Shown: positions 9,205-18,835 of the stretch, in pieces
Position numbering within the stretch: the first letter of the stretch is position 1
How the letters are laid out: each line of letters opens with the position of its first letter
From: Candidatus Ratteibacteria bacterium
GTDB taxonomy: Bacteria > Ratteibacteria > UBA8468 > B48-G9 > DTJG01
DNA length: 31,666 bases
Reading direction: 5' to 3'
NCBI GenBank assembly: GCA_049971295.1
Contig: JBMFLH010000009.1
Location: forward strand, 1 to 31,666
Notes under the pieces: generated by a model
What the model saw: only the letters and a program-made list of their open reading frames with translations
Database searches by the model: none
What the model was told of the DNA's origin: nothing
Translations under genes and position numbers: made by a program

Positions 9205-10059
9205 TTACTCCAGCCTGTATGTAAGAATCATTGGTTGACTGTTTCTCAAAATTTCCACAGTCACAAGTTTTGTCTGGCTATTGATGATGTTGTTGTACAC
9301 TGCGTATGCCTTTGAAAGGCTATCAATCAGGGTACCATTGATTCTTTTTATCACATCGCCTGGCTGCAACCCAATCTGTGAATACATTCCTCCTTCAGGG
9401 ATCCTGTTCACAGTAAAGCCCCCTACTCTGCCTTCTTCAATGTATGGAGTAACACTGATATTTGAAAAAGCAGAAGGATCATTCCTTACCTGGTCGATGA
9501 GAGCACTAAGATTGATATTTCTCGGTTGCTGGGGAATCGGAACAGAAGACGATAAAGATGTAACAGTACCAGTGGCAGATAGAGTCGTTTCAGTTGATGA
9601 CAGGATAGGCGGGCTCTTCACAGAAGTATCCTTTAAAGTAATCATCGATTTACTATCAATCTGCGGCTTTGGAAGACTAAGAGTAATTTCCTTGTCATCA
9701 TAATAAAAAATCACATTGTTTTCATTGATTTTAACCAACCGGGCATTTTCAATAATATCCCCCTCAACTATTAGTGTTTCCGATCTTTTTGATACTATCT
9801 CAATGATTGCCTTTGAGTCAGTATCAGGACTGTAGATAATTCCTTTCAAAGTGATCAAACTCTCAAGCGGTGGTGCTGGAGAAGGTTTCAGGATAGATTT
9901 TACTGGCGTTTGAGGTGGTGGCACAGGGTCAGCAAAAATCTTCCGTCTCAAAATAAGAGAATAATCATTTGCGGAAAAAGACGAAAAAACAAAAATCATC
10001 GAAAAGAAGGAAAAAATACATATTGAGCGAGTTAAACGAAAATTATTTAGGTATAACAT
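9205..10059 (-). CDS. Type II secretion GspC-like protein (HR domain + PDZ)
   Basis: N-terminal hydrophobic segment. HR-like LKGII...KAIIE...EGDIIENARLVKINENNVI. S/T/P linker. GspC-type PDZ (GFTV...GLQPGDVIKRING...VEILRN). GAGGTG RBS. Confidence 0.8.
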   Translation of the reverse strand: MLYLNNFRLTRSICIFSFFSMIFVFSSFSANDYSLILRRKIFADPVPPPQTPVKSILKPSPAPPLESLITLKGIIYSPDTDSKAIIEIVSKRSETLIVEGDIIENARLVKINENNVIFYYDDKEITLSLPKPQIDSKSMITLKDTSVKSPPILSSTETTLSATGTVTSLSSSVPIPQQPRNINLSALIDQVRNDPSAFSNISVTPYIEEGRVGGFTVNRIPEGGMYSQIGLQPGDVIKRINGTLIDSLSKAYAVYNNIINSQTKLVTVEILRNSQPMILTYRLE

Positions 10060-10076
10060 GCTCTCACCTCATAAAA

Positions 10077-10085
10077 ATTATAGCA
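10077..10085 (-). promoter_or_regulatory. Extended -10 promoter for gspC-like/amrS
   Basis: TGCTATAAT on the minus strand, just upstream of the RBS. Confidence 0.55.
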
Positions 10086-10237
10086 TAAAAAATCAGGAGC
10101 TTAAAATATTAAAAATCCCCTGCTCTATTTCACCACGCAAGAAGGTTCTCAAGGTTTGGAGTTTAAAAGTTTTTGAAAAATTCACACTTGTTTTTTCCCA
10201 AATTCCTTCTGTTTTTCCCCTGATTTCATTTAATTTT

Positions 10238-10275
10238 TACTCCTCCTTAATGTGAGCGGTAGCAAGGTTAGGATG
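10238..10275. repeat. Degenerate REP-like copy
   Basis: TACTCCTCCTTAATGTGAGCGGTAGCAAGGTTAGGATG aligns loosely with 17111-17150. Confidence 0.3.
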
Positions 10276-10400
10276 ATTAAAAAAATCTACAAACCTTAAA
10301 GCTGAAATACTGAACCGCAGAAATTCAATTAAGAATCAAATTAACATCCACCTGTTATAAATGAAGGAAGCACACCGCGAAATAGGAATAAATAAAATTT

Positions 10401-11165
10401 TTACTGAGATTGGCCACTGAACCAGAATGGATCTGTTGTTCCTGAAAACCAGACAGGAACCTGTTGTTTTGTCCTTGATTCAACGTGGCCATCGCAAAAA
10501 AGAAAGCTTGCTGTGCCAGAATGCCTGTATGCAATGCCCATTTCAGGATGGTTGAAATTTATTCTCGCATAGTAATCTGAATTATCAAGTTGTGGTCCTG
10601 GTTTCATATCACATAGCAAAAATGTCTCTGCTGGTTTCGTAATCCTTGACAGTTTAGGCCAGAATCTTAAATCAGGGTCTGAACTTGTTCCACATAAATA
10701 GCCATTAATACCATACCAGGTAGCAACTTTATTCACCGCTGGTTCCATTCCACTCCAGTTAACATTCCAGTAAGCAGAACTTTTTGGCTCCGCTGGACAT
10801 CGCAAAATTCCTGAAACCCAGTTATCCTCGCACGGGTCATACATACTGCTGTAAGCTGTAAAACCTGTTCTCGTCTGCGGAAGGTAGAAGGCAATTTGAG
10901 TAAACCACACATTAGACATTGTTGCATCCTTCGGAAAAAAACCATCCCAGTCCTCAGCATACATTGCAAAACAAACTCCAAGTTGCTTAAGATTGCTCAA
11001 ACATACTGCCTGATGCGCTCTTGCACGCGCCTTTGAAAGAACAGGTAACAGCATTCCTGCGAGAACTGCGATGATTGCTATCACAATCAATAATTCAATA
11101 AGGGTGAAGCCAATTTTTGTGTTTGTGTAAATTTCAGTATAACTCATACAAAACCTTTCTTGCAT
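10401..11165 (-). CDS. Prepilin-type N-terminal cleavage/methylation protein, DUF1559/H-X9-DG family
   Basis: G|FTLIELLIVIAIIAVLAGMLLPVLSKARARA, CLSNLKQLG, LRCP, and C-terminal RHSGTASFLFCDGHV (H-X9-DG). Confidence 0.92.
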   Translation of the reverse strand: MQERFCMSYTEIYTNTKIGFTLIELLIVIAIIAVLAGMLLPVLSKARARAHQAVCLSNLKQLGVCFAMYAEDWDGFFPKDATMSNVWFTQIAFYLPQTRTGFTAYSSMYDPCEDNWVSGILRCPAEPKSSAYWNVNWSGMEPAVNKVATWYGINGYLCGTSSDPDLRFWPKLSRITKPAETFLLCDMKPGPQLDNSDYYARINFNHPEMGIAYRHSGTASFLFCDGHVESRTKQQVPVWFSGTTDPFWFSGQSQ

Positions 11166-11172
11166 TTCCTAT

Positions 11173-11245
11173 CTCACCATAATCCTACCCCACAAGGTAC
11201 CACCTTTTCTGCTCTCCCTTTCCTTGATGGAAGATGACAAGGGTA
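11173..11245. repeat. Degenerate REP-like pair
   Basis: CTCACCATAATCCTACCCCACAAGG followed by an opposite-sense copy TCCCTTTCCTTGATGGAAGATGACAAGGGTA. Confidence 0.4.
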
Positions 11246-11264
11246 CAAACAGGATAAACGAACT

Positions 11265-14200
11265 TTATCGCAATTGCAAAACAAAGTTCTTTGTCGCAAA
11301 ATGACTCAATTTGAAGTTATACTCGCCGTCAGATGGATATGTGGTTTTATAACCGGGTTTTTCAACCCATAACCTGTAATTCCCGGCAGGGAGTGGATAA
11401 AATTTATACGCGCCAGTTGAATCAACTGTATATTGCATTGTTCCTGATGTACCTTCACAATAAATGATGGCTCCTGCTGGACCACTGGTATCATTCACCT
11501 TCACAGTCCCTGAAATTGAGTATGCAACAAGGGTAAAATCTCTGCCTGTCGCATTTTGAGGAATTGACAATAAGTGAGAACCATTGGAAGGAGAAACAAC
11601 TGTATGATTGCTCAGATACGCTGTAATTGTATATGCACCAGCGGAAAGCGGTGAAAATATATAATTTCCAGTTGCATCAGGACTGGTATTGATCGTGCCT
11701 GATGGCCCTGTAAGGGTCACAGTTACATTTGTCACAGTATTTGGACTGTTCAACAAGGTTACCTTTCCAGATATATAGAATGAAGTGATAACAAAATCGC
11801 GCGTCAAATTAGAATTCAGGGTAAATTTATATTTCCCATTATTTGGCACAATGACTGTATAGTTTGGAATGCTCGCGCTTAATTCGTAATCACCCCTCGG
11901 GACAGGTTTGAACTGATAATAACCGTTTTCGTCAGGTGTTGTGGTTCTGTCAACACCAGACCCTTTCAAAGAAATAACAACATCAGTCACATTACCATTC
12001 GCCTGATAGAAAGAGACCTTGCCAGAAATTACATACGAAACAAGAGTAAAGTTCTTGCCAGTGGCATCAGGTCCAAGAGTAATAGCATAACTTCCATCGC
12101 CAGAAGGAAGCATTGTTGAATAATCGGTTAAACTTGCGCTGATTTTATATGTGCCAGCCGGCAGTTGCGAAAATTCATAATAGCCTGACGCGTCAGGATT
12201 TGTTGTCGCCATCAAGGAACCATCCTTTTCACATTTAACTGTGACAGTTTGTACATCAGCATCTCCAATAAGTTTTACTGCGCCTGAAATCTTGTAAGTC
12301 GCAAGCACAAAATTGTACCCACTGATATTTTTATTTGTTAAGGTAATTTTATAAATTCCACCCGCTGGAGCGATGGTCGTATAATCAGCCAACGAAGCGG
12401 ATAAATCATAAGTCCCTGGTGAAAGTCCTGAAAGGGTGTAATTCCCTTTTTCATCCGGGTAGGTAGTTAGTCCTGCTGCTGAAATGGCAACATCTGTCAC
12501 CTTTTCTGTTCCACCCTGCAATTTCACATTTCCTGAAACAGATAGCAGGATTGATGCAGTAAGGTCAAAGTTTTTCAGGTCAGCATCCGGACCCACAGTG
12601 ATTTTGTATGAGCCCGAAACAGGGTTTGTCACAGCGTAGCCATCGAGTACTGCATATACCTCATAGTTTCCAGGTAGAAGCCCGGTATATTCATAGTAAC
12701 CAGTTCCATCTGGTTTTGTTGTCTGTTTGTTGCAATAAATAACAACAGAAGACATTTTCCCTGTACCACCAATAAGATTTACTTTTCCTGAAATTGTGTA
12801 AGTTTTTACGATTGTGAAATTGCAGTTCTGGGCATCAGGACCTAATTTAACCTTGTAAATATTATTTGTCGGACCTATCACAAGATATCCTGGTATTTCA
12901 GCGTGTACTTCATAGGTTCCTGCAAGAAGATCTGAAATCGTATACCTGCCAAATGTATCAGGATTTACGATAGCGCCCGAACTGCAGATAATCTGAACCT
13001 GGGTCACATCTCCATCTGTAATTGAAACTGTTCCAGTAATTGAATAGGTCGGAATTGCCTGCATTGTAAAATCAACACCCGCAACGTCCCTATCATAGAG
13101 TTTCACTGTCTGCCTGCCAGAGCCACCAGGATTTGATGTCACGTATTTCGACAACTCAATCCAGAGCTCATAACTCCCAGCAGGCAGGTTTGTAAACGAG
13201 TACTTACCATTGACATCAGGATTCGTTGTCTTGTCAATATTTGTGGTTTTGTCTTTGCAATGGATAGTCACACTTGTTACAACACCTGTTCCACCAGCAA
13301 GAGTTACAGTACCGCTGATTTTGTAAGTTGGTACTGGTTCAGGCGCAATAGTAAAATTGATATTTGAAACTTCAGGGCTTGCATCATTGACAACAACATA
13401 ATAATGTCCACCATTGACAACCGGGAAAGTTGTTTTATAACCAAGCCGTTCAACATAGACATCGTATGTGCCGGCATTAAGATTTTTGAAATAATAGTTG
13501 CCATAACCATCAGGATATGTTTTATAGTCACCGCAGTGAACGACGATCTGATCTGGTTTGATTCCTTCACCAGAAACAGCAACATTTCCTGAAATCGTGT
13601 AACCACCCAGTGTGGTCCCTGGCATCATGAGAAAATCAATATTTGTCGCTGATGGGGGAACATAAACCTCATAGCCCCAGTTCAGACCTGCTTCTCTTGG
13701 CCTCAAGGAATAATATTTTTCAAGTTTTACCCTGACTCTATAATAACAGCCGGGCTCAACCCCTTTGAAGTTGTAATAACCATTTTTATCAGGATTGACG
13801 ACAAGCCAGTCAATTTCATTGCCACCTTTTTTGTCAAGTCTTGCTGCTGTGACTGTCGCCTTTGTCAGGTCCGCTGTACCTGAATAAAGCGCAAGTTTTC
13901 CTGAAATTGAATATGTCGCAAGAATGAAGTTTCTCACTTCGTCTTTACTTGTAACAGTTACATCATAATAACCAGCGGATGGAGAAATGCAACCATAGCC
14001 AGCAAGTTTTACTTCAACTCTATATGGATTGCCAAGTTTCAATGAGGGGACAAGATTATAAAATGCGTAGTTTCCACTCTCATCAGGATGCATCACCACA
14101 TAGACATTTGGAATGTCTGGATTTTTGCTGGTTGCTGAACAAATGATTGTGACATTAGTAATAGGTTCATTTCCAGGGGTGATAAAGCTCACATTTCCTT

Positions 14201-16304
14201 TTATCGCATAACTCACAAGATAAAAGTCCTTGCCTGTGATATCTTTGTTAGTAATCGTTATGATGTAAGAATCTGTTGTCGGATAAACTGTTTGATATCC
14301 TGTCAAACTCACATAAAGTGTATAGTTTGCTGGCACGAGATTTGAGAATTTGTAATTTCCTGAACTATCTGGAATTGTAGTAAATGTGATGTAATCCTTT
14401 TTCACACTGTTGTAATACTGGCATACAACGAGGGCTTCATATGGATTGCAGGTTCCACCACTCAAAGTAATTTTTCCTGATACTGAATATTTCGCCACTG
14501 GTTCCACCAAGAAATTTTTTCCTGATGCGTCAGGGCCAACAGTCACATCATACCTTCCAGAAGCAGGGTTTGTAACCTTGTATCCCTGCGGAATTTCAAG
14601 ATAAATTCTGTAAGTTCCTTCAGGTACATTTGAAAAATTGTAAGTACCATCATTGTCAGGATGAATTGCGAAGCTGATGCTTGTGTCTGACAGACAATCA
14701 TAATGGACCTTTACATCAGGCGCCTTTATCACTCCTTCAGTAACATCAACCTTACCACTGATGCTGTAATACAAAATTGGCACAAGTTCAAAATCCTTGT
14801 TCTGCTGGTCATTCTGAAGATTATTAATGGGTATTACAACCATTGTGTCACTCCAAACATTATCACTGATTCTCACGCGGCTTGTCTTGTATCCGTCTAA
14901 TTTTACCCAGACCTGGTAATTATTGCCCTTTACAAGATTTAAGAACGAGTATTTTCCTGTGTTGTCAGGAGTTGCCTGGCCTGTAATACCCGAATTAAGA
15001 TTTTTGCAATAAACTGTTGCCTTAGTGAAATCTCCTATTCCTCCGATTAATTTTACTGAACCTGAAATGCTTGCAACATCGGTTCCAGGAATATAGGTAA
15101 ATACAAAGTCCTTTCCTGTTGCGTCAGGTCCAACAGAAACAGTGTACTCTCCGCCAGATGGGAAAGTAATTGCATAATCAGTATTACTGATAGATGCCCT
15201 CACTTTATAAGTTCCAGCAAAAACGCCTGGAATAAAATAATTCCAGTTTGCATCAGGATTGACAGGCGTATAACTGCCACAGGTAATCGTAACATCTGAA
15301 GGATCCACGCCAGAACCGCCTGTAATTGTAACTTTTCCTGCAATGGTGTAGGTGTTTTTGTAAGCAAGGGTGAAATCAACGCCTGTTTTTATAAACGCTG
15401 GTGCATCGGCATTATCCGGAATTTTGATTGAATAATGCCCGCCATTTTCAACAGGATATGCGATTCTATATCCAGGCAGTTCAGCATAAACATCATATGT
15501 GCCTGGAGGCAGGTGCAAAAATTCAAACTTCCCCATTGAATCACAATTTACCGTATTTCCACCGCAATGAACAACAACATCTGTATATGAACCCGTTCCA
15601 CCACTGATTGTCACTTTGCCTTTGACATCATAACCGACCTTAAATGGTCCAATGGTTAAGAAAAATGGCTGGAATGCACCAGTATAGTCATAGTCACCAC
15701 TGATTTCATTTAATTTATTGTGCGAGATAACAATCAGATACCAATCTCCACCCCTGTTTTCAGTAATAACCCAGTCCCCTGCCCCCCATAGGGTATCCTT
15801 TTCTTCAGGGATGTCATACTTATTTGTTGACCACTTTATATGATAATGATCTACCCAGCCAATACCAAATGGAATAATGTTTGAGAAAGTAAATTTTGTT
15901 CCCATGTTATAGCAGACACCTGTCGCTTTGTCGTAACTAATTTGCGGGTCGTAAGGTAGAGTCCAGATTTCGTCACTCGTATTGCACCATGCGGTCTCGT
16001 CTTTATCCCCATTTCTTGCTTTTGCCCTGAATCTATAGGGTGTGTTTGGATCAAGGTCCTCAACGCACCAGTAGGACCAATTGTGATTGCACGTCCATGT
16101 GGTCCCACTTTTTGATAGAACACCGTTTTTCAGGTAATGTTCAAAGTGTGTCGCACCCGGGTCAGCACCCGACATAGCATCAAGCGGATCATAATCATTG
16201 TTATATTTCCACCAGCCATCGGTGCTGGGCGGCGCAGGGTTAAATTTGGTAACACCTTCTGTGTTAAATGTCGTATTTGCTATGTTTTTCCAGTGGTAAT
16301 CTCT
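11265..16304 (-). CDS. Large surface protein, 3' part: end of an FN3 domain plus 16 carboxypeptidase-regulatory-like (transthyretin-like) repeats. No own start; frameshift continuation of 16280-16858
   Basis: 16 repeats of ~85-95 aa with consensus YxISGxV..GG...VxVxC..PD..GxYxFxxL..GxYxV...GY...P..GxY.ITxGPDA.GKNF. The frame is open from 16304. There is no RBS or signal peptide at ATG 16175. Confidence 0.85.
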   Translation of the reverse strand, partial: RDYHWKNIANTTFNTEGVTKFNPAPPSTDGWWKYNNDYDPLDAMSGADPGATHFEHYLKNGVLSKSGTTWTCNHNWSYWCVEDLDPNTPYRFRAKARNGDKDETAWCNTSDEIWTLPYDPQISYDKATGVCYNMGTKFTFSNIIPFGIGWVDHYHIKWSTNKYDIPEEKDTLWGAGDWVITENRGGDWYLIVISHNKLNEISGDYDYTGAFQPFFLTIGPFKVGYDVKGKVTISGGTGSYTDVVVHCGGNTVNCDSMGKFEFLHLPPGTYDVYAELPGYRIAYPVENGGHYSIKIPDNADAPAFIKTGVDFTLAYKNTYTIAGKVTITGGSGVDPSDVTITCGSYTPVNPDANWNYFIPGVFAGTYKVRASISNTDYAITFPSGGEYTVSVGPDATGKDFVFTYIPGTDVASISGSVKLIGGIGDFTKATVYCKNLNSGITGQATPDNTGKYSFLNLVKGNNYQVWVKLDGYKTSRVRISDNVWSDTMVVIPINNLQNDQQNKDFELVPILYYSISGKVDVTEGVIKAPDVKVHYDCLSDTSISFAIHPDNDGTYNFSNVPEGTYRIYLEIPQGYKVTNPASGRYDVTVGPDASGKNFLVEPVAKYSVSGKITLSGGTCNPYEALVVCQYYNSVKKDYITFTTIPDSSGNYKFSNLVPANYTLYVSLTGYQTVYPTTDSYIITITNKDITGKDFYLVSYAIKGNVSFITPGNEPITNVTIICSATSKNPDIPNVYVVMHPDESGNYAFYNLVPSLKLGNPYRVEVKLAGYGCISPSAGYYDVTVTSKDEVRNFILATYSISGKLALYSGTADLTKATVTAARLDKKGGNEIDWLVVNPDKNGYYNFKGVEPGCYYRVRVKLEKYYSLRPREAGLNWGYEVYVPPSATNIDFLMMPGTTLGGYTISGNVAVSGEGIKPDQIVVHCGDYKTYPDGYGNYYFKNLNAGTYDVYVERLGYKTTFPVVNGGHYYVVVNDASPEVSNINFTIAPEPVPTYKISGTVTLAGGTGVVTSVTIHCKDKTTNIDKTTNPDVNGKYSFTNLPAGSYELWIELSKYVTSNPGGSGRQTVKLYDRDVAGVDFTMQAIPTYSITGTVSITDGDVTQVQIICSSGAIVNPDTFGRYTISDLLAGTYEVHAEIPGYLVIGPTNNIYKVKLGPDAQNCNFTIVKTYTISGKVNLIGGTGKMSSVVIYCNKQTTKPDGTGYYEYTGLLPGNYEVYAVLDGYAVTNPVSGSYKITVGPDADLKNFDLTASILLSVSGNVKLQGGTEKVTDVAISAAGLTTYPDEKGNYTLSGLSPGTYDLSASLADYTTIAPAGGIYKITLTNKNISGYNFVLATYKISGAVKLIGDADVQTVTVKCEKDGSLMATTNPDASGYYEFSQLPAGTYKISASLTDYSTMLPSGDGSYAITLGPDATGKNFTLVSYVISGKVSFYQANGNVTDVVISLKGSGVDRTTTPDENGYYQFKPVPRGDYELSASIPNYTVIVPNNGKYKFTLNSNLTRDFVITSFYISGKVTLLNSPNTVTNVTVTLTGPSGTINTSPDATGNYIFSPLSAGAYTITAYLSNHTVVSPSNGSHLLSIPQNATGRDFTLVAYSISGTVKVNDTSGPAGAIIYCEGTSGTMQYTVDSTGAYKFYPLPAGNYRLWVEKPGYKTTYPSDGEYNFKLSHFATKNFVLQLR

Positions 16305-16858
16305 TCAATATAAAAACCTGAATCGTTTGGAACAAAATAGCCAAACCGTGAAAATGAATCAGTAGTCGTAAGATTTGAAGGAAGTGGAGGCGTCAATTTA
16401 ACTGTCAGTCGAGCTTTCTTGGACAAGAAGTCAAATCCCTTTGGTCCGAAAGCAAGCCCTGCAGGAGGTTCAATTGCTGTATAAAATGCGACCCTATAGG
16501 GCACCCAGGAACTTGGTGAAATACCATCAGTATTCCACGCCTGAATAATGCGTCTGTACTGAGTATTCGGCGCAAGACCTGTCTCAGTATAAGACACTAT
16601 ATTTGCATTTACTGACCAAACAGGGTCATGACTCAAAAGATATACCCAATCACTTCCAACTTTCTCATAGTACCATTCATAACACTTAAATCCCTGTTCA
16701 TTGTTTGAATTATCGTCCCATCGCCAGTAAATAGCGCTTGTGGTGTTCAGGGTGTGCTTCAAGTTTCCTGGTGCTGCTGGCGGCGCTGCTTTGAGCGAAA
16801 CAGAAAATACAAAAATTCCCATAATCAGACACAAAATCTGATTTAGTTTTTTATGCAT
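16280..16858 (-). CDS. Large surface protein, 5' part: signal peptide + FN3 domain
   Basis: AGGAGG RBS before ATG 16858. Signal peptide MHKK...SLKA|A. FN3 (PAAPGNL...WRWDDNSNNEQGF...TGLAPNTQY...AWN). A second FN3 begins and is cut by TAG. Confidence 0.82.
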   Translation of the reverse strand: MHKKLNQILCLIMGIFVFSVSLKAAPPAAPGNLKHTLNTTSAIYWRWDDNSNNEQGFKCYEWYYEKVGSDWVYLLSHDPVWSVNANIVSYTETGLAPNTQYRRIIQAWNTDGISPSSWVPYRVAFYTAIEPPAGLAFGPKGFDFLSKKARLTVKLTPPLPSNLTTTDSFSRFGYFVPNDSGFYIEEITTGKT

Positions 16859-17110
16859 CGTTCCTCCTAATTTTTTTGTCAAAAATTGTAATAGTGGTCT
16901 TTGCAATTTTTCTCCATCCATGAAATCACTTCAAGTTTTTTCAAAAAATGCTTTTTTCTTTCTCAATGCCAACTTTAGTTCTGATACAATCAAATCTATC
17001 ACTTCAACCATTCTTCAACCTGCTCTTTCCTTGTAAAAGCTACATAACTTTAGATAAAGCTCTAAACCTCAAGGCACTTTTCGCCTTGATTCTTTCTAAC
17101 TTTCTTTTGA

Positions 17111-17150
17111 TCCACTCACCCTCGACGGTAGAGGCCGCAGGGTGAGGGTA
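17111..17150. repeat. REP-like palindrome, best-preserved copy, adjacent to the RAYT gene
   Basis: TCCACTCACCCTCGACGGTAGAGGCCGCAGGGTGAGGGTA with an 8-bp inverted repeat CTCACCCT/AGGGTGAG, ~20 bp past the transposase stop. Confidence 0.55.
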
Positions 17151-17169
17151 AAAAAATAGTTCAAAATTT

Positions 17170-17853
17170 TCAAAGAGTAACTGATGTCAGACAATTCTCA
17201 AAAATTAGACGGCTGATTGCATCAAAGGTTTTAGCGTAATGTTCTTTGTTTTTAACGAATTCCACATATTCCCTGGCTCTTATATCAACATAACCATCAA
17301 GCGTACAGATTTTCAAATCGCTGCCTATTTTCCTGTTAATGTACTCATTAAATGAACTGTACCGCCACTTCTCAGGCGTCTTCACAAGTCCTGCAAAAAC
17401 TGGCTCCATGTGAAGATGCCTTGTCACCAACAGAAATTGGTCTTTGGTTTCAATTTTTGAACATTTATATCTTCCTGCCCATACTGGCCCAATTCTCTTT
17501 TTCTTTCTATTAAAAAATTTTGCGTAAGAATGCGTAACCTTTGCCATAAACTTTGGTACACCCTGATCACCAACCTGCCTCACAACCATGTGAAAGTGAT
17601 CAGGCATAATACAGTAAGCAATAATATCAACAAATTTTTCTGCATTTGTCTGGGACAACACCACTTCAGGCGAATAACTTTTCAGCGATTCGAATCTTGC
17701 GTATTTCCAGAACATATTTTTCCTGTAATATCTTATTAACCTGATAAATCTTTCGTAGTCCGATATTTGTTGAAATATTTTGATGCCATCAACTGCGATA
17801 TTTAATACATGATAGCAATTCCCACAGACAATCTCAACTTCTCTTTTTGCCAT
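17170..17853 (-). CDS. REP-associated tyrosine transposase (RAYT, IS200-like Y1 HUH family), catalytic Tyr replaced
   Basis: YHV, IF...DYERF, AYCIMPDHFH (HUH), YAKFFNRKKKRIGPVWAGRYK and WRYSS. RHLHMEPV stands where the family has RYIHxNPV. Confidence 0.85.
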   Translation of the reverse strand: MAKREVEIVCGNCYHVLNIAVDGIKIFQQISDYERFIRLIRYYRKNMFWKYARFESLKSYSPEVVLSQTNAEKFVDIIAYCIMPDHFHMVVRQVGDQGVPKFMAKVTHSYAKFFNRKKKRIGPVWAGRYKCSKIETKDQFLLVTRHLHMEPVFAGLVKTPEKWRYSSFNEYINRKIGSDLKICTLDGYVDIRAREYVEFVKNKEHYAKTFDAISRLIFENCLTSVTL

Positions 17854-17868
17854 TGTCTCTACCTGTTT

Positions 17869-18366
17869 TTACTTCACTACTATTTCTTTTTTCCCGATTA
17901 TTTCAATGTCTCCTTCACGATAAGTAGTGAGGATGCCGGTGAGGATATATGAACCTTTTGCGGATTCAGGAATTTTTAATTCATAATTCACTGTAAAAGG
18001 AGTAAGTGCTCTTGCCCATTGAAGCCATTTGTAGGAATTATCCGGCATCACCTTTGTAAAAGGCGGCTCTGAATTTACTATTTTCCATCCATCAGGAAGT
18101 TTTTCAGTGATGATTATACCACTGGTCTGACTTGCTGGAACAATGTCTATCTTCACTCTGATGGTATCTCCTGCATTGCAGTAATCAGGCATAGTCCTGG
18201 TACCTGTCGTTATCATCGTTTTTGCTTCTAACTGAATTTCCTGCTGCGCTGGAGATTTTTTCTCTACTTCAACTTTTTGTCTTTGCGTTGAAGCACAACC
18301 GGATAAAAACAGAAACATTGGAAGTACAATCCCTGCCATACACCAAATTTCTATTCTTCGCTCCAT
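17869..18366 (-). CDS. Lipoprotein with one cohesin-like beta-sandwich domain
   Basis: Lipobox LSG|C. Domain TR.MP....G...GIIITEKLPDGW...YKW...VNY...P...G...TG. Confidence 0.75.
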   Translation of the reverse strand: MERRIEIWCMAGIVLPMFLFLSGCASTQRQKVEVEKKSPAQQEIQLEAKTMITTGTRTMPDYCNAGDTIRVKIDIVPASQTSGIIITEKLPDGWKIVNSEPPFTKVMPDNSYKWLQWARALTPFTVNYELKIPESAKGSYILTGILTTYREGDIEIIGKKEIVVK

Positions 18367-18782
18367 ATGTGTCTATCTCCTGAAACAATGAATCGCGTGT
18401 TTTTCCCAATGTCAATATATCCAGTTAACTCTTTTCTTGATTTGTTACCCTGTGGAATTACAACAGCGTATTTTATCGTTTTCAAAATTTCTCCCTTTTC
18501 AGGAATTTCCCACACGTACATATTTCTAAAAGGTTGAGCCGAAAGAGGTGGATTTGCAGCCACAAGATCCCAGCCATCAGGAACTTTCTCAATAATTCTT
18601 GCTCCATGTGGTAGTAGCGGGCTTACCTTAATTGTCACAACGATAATCTCTCCGCCTGCATAATTTTTGGGTAATTCCCTCAGTGCGGGAGTGTCTGAGA
18701 TTTTTAGTGATGCGTCAGTGCTGAAAATGGTAAAAGAAAGAAAAATTGATAGACCGGTTAATAGCACAGTTTTTTTTATCAT
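18351..18782 (-). CDS. Secreted single cohesin-like domain protein
   Basis: Signal peptide MIKK + hydrophobic core. LRELP..Y.GG...IIEKVPDGW...YVW...IKY...TG...SGD. Confidence 0.75.
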   Translation of the reverse strand: MIKKTVLLTGLSIFLSFTIFSTDASLKISDTPALRELPKNYAGGEIIVVTIKVSPLLPHGARIIEKVPDGWDLVAANPPLSAQPFRNMYVWEIPEKGEILKTIKYAVVIPQGNKSRKELTGYIDIGKNTRFIVSGDRHIWSEE

Positions 18783-18806
18783 GTTTGCCCCGTTTTATTC
18801 AATGAA

Positions 18807-18835
18807 ATAGTACTCAGTTTAAAAGAAATTGTCAA
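18807..18835 (-). promoter_or_regulatory. Sigma70 promoter for the 18782-18366-RAYT unit
   Basis: TTGACA-17 bp-TACTAT on the minus strand, 24 bp upstream of ATG 18782. Confidence 0.7.

Noticed and set aside
11265..15632. CRISPR array or DNA-level tandem repeat
   Set aside because: The repetition is at protein level with diverged codons; no identical repeats with unique spacers were seen.
16925..17100. Riboswitch or 26-aa leader ORF upstream of the giant gene (hairpin TCAAGGC/GCCTTGA near 17069-17089)
   Set aside because: No match to any aptamer consensus I can recognise; the ORF is short and unsupported.
17111..17853. Active IS200/IS605 element
   Set aside because: No tnpB, no clear left-end hairpin (only a 15-bp upstream gap), and the catalytic Tyr is missing.
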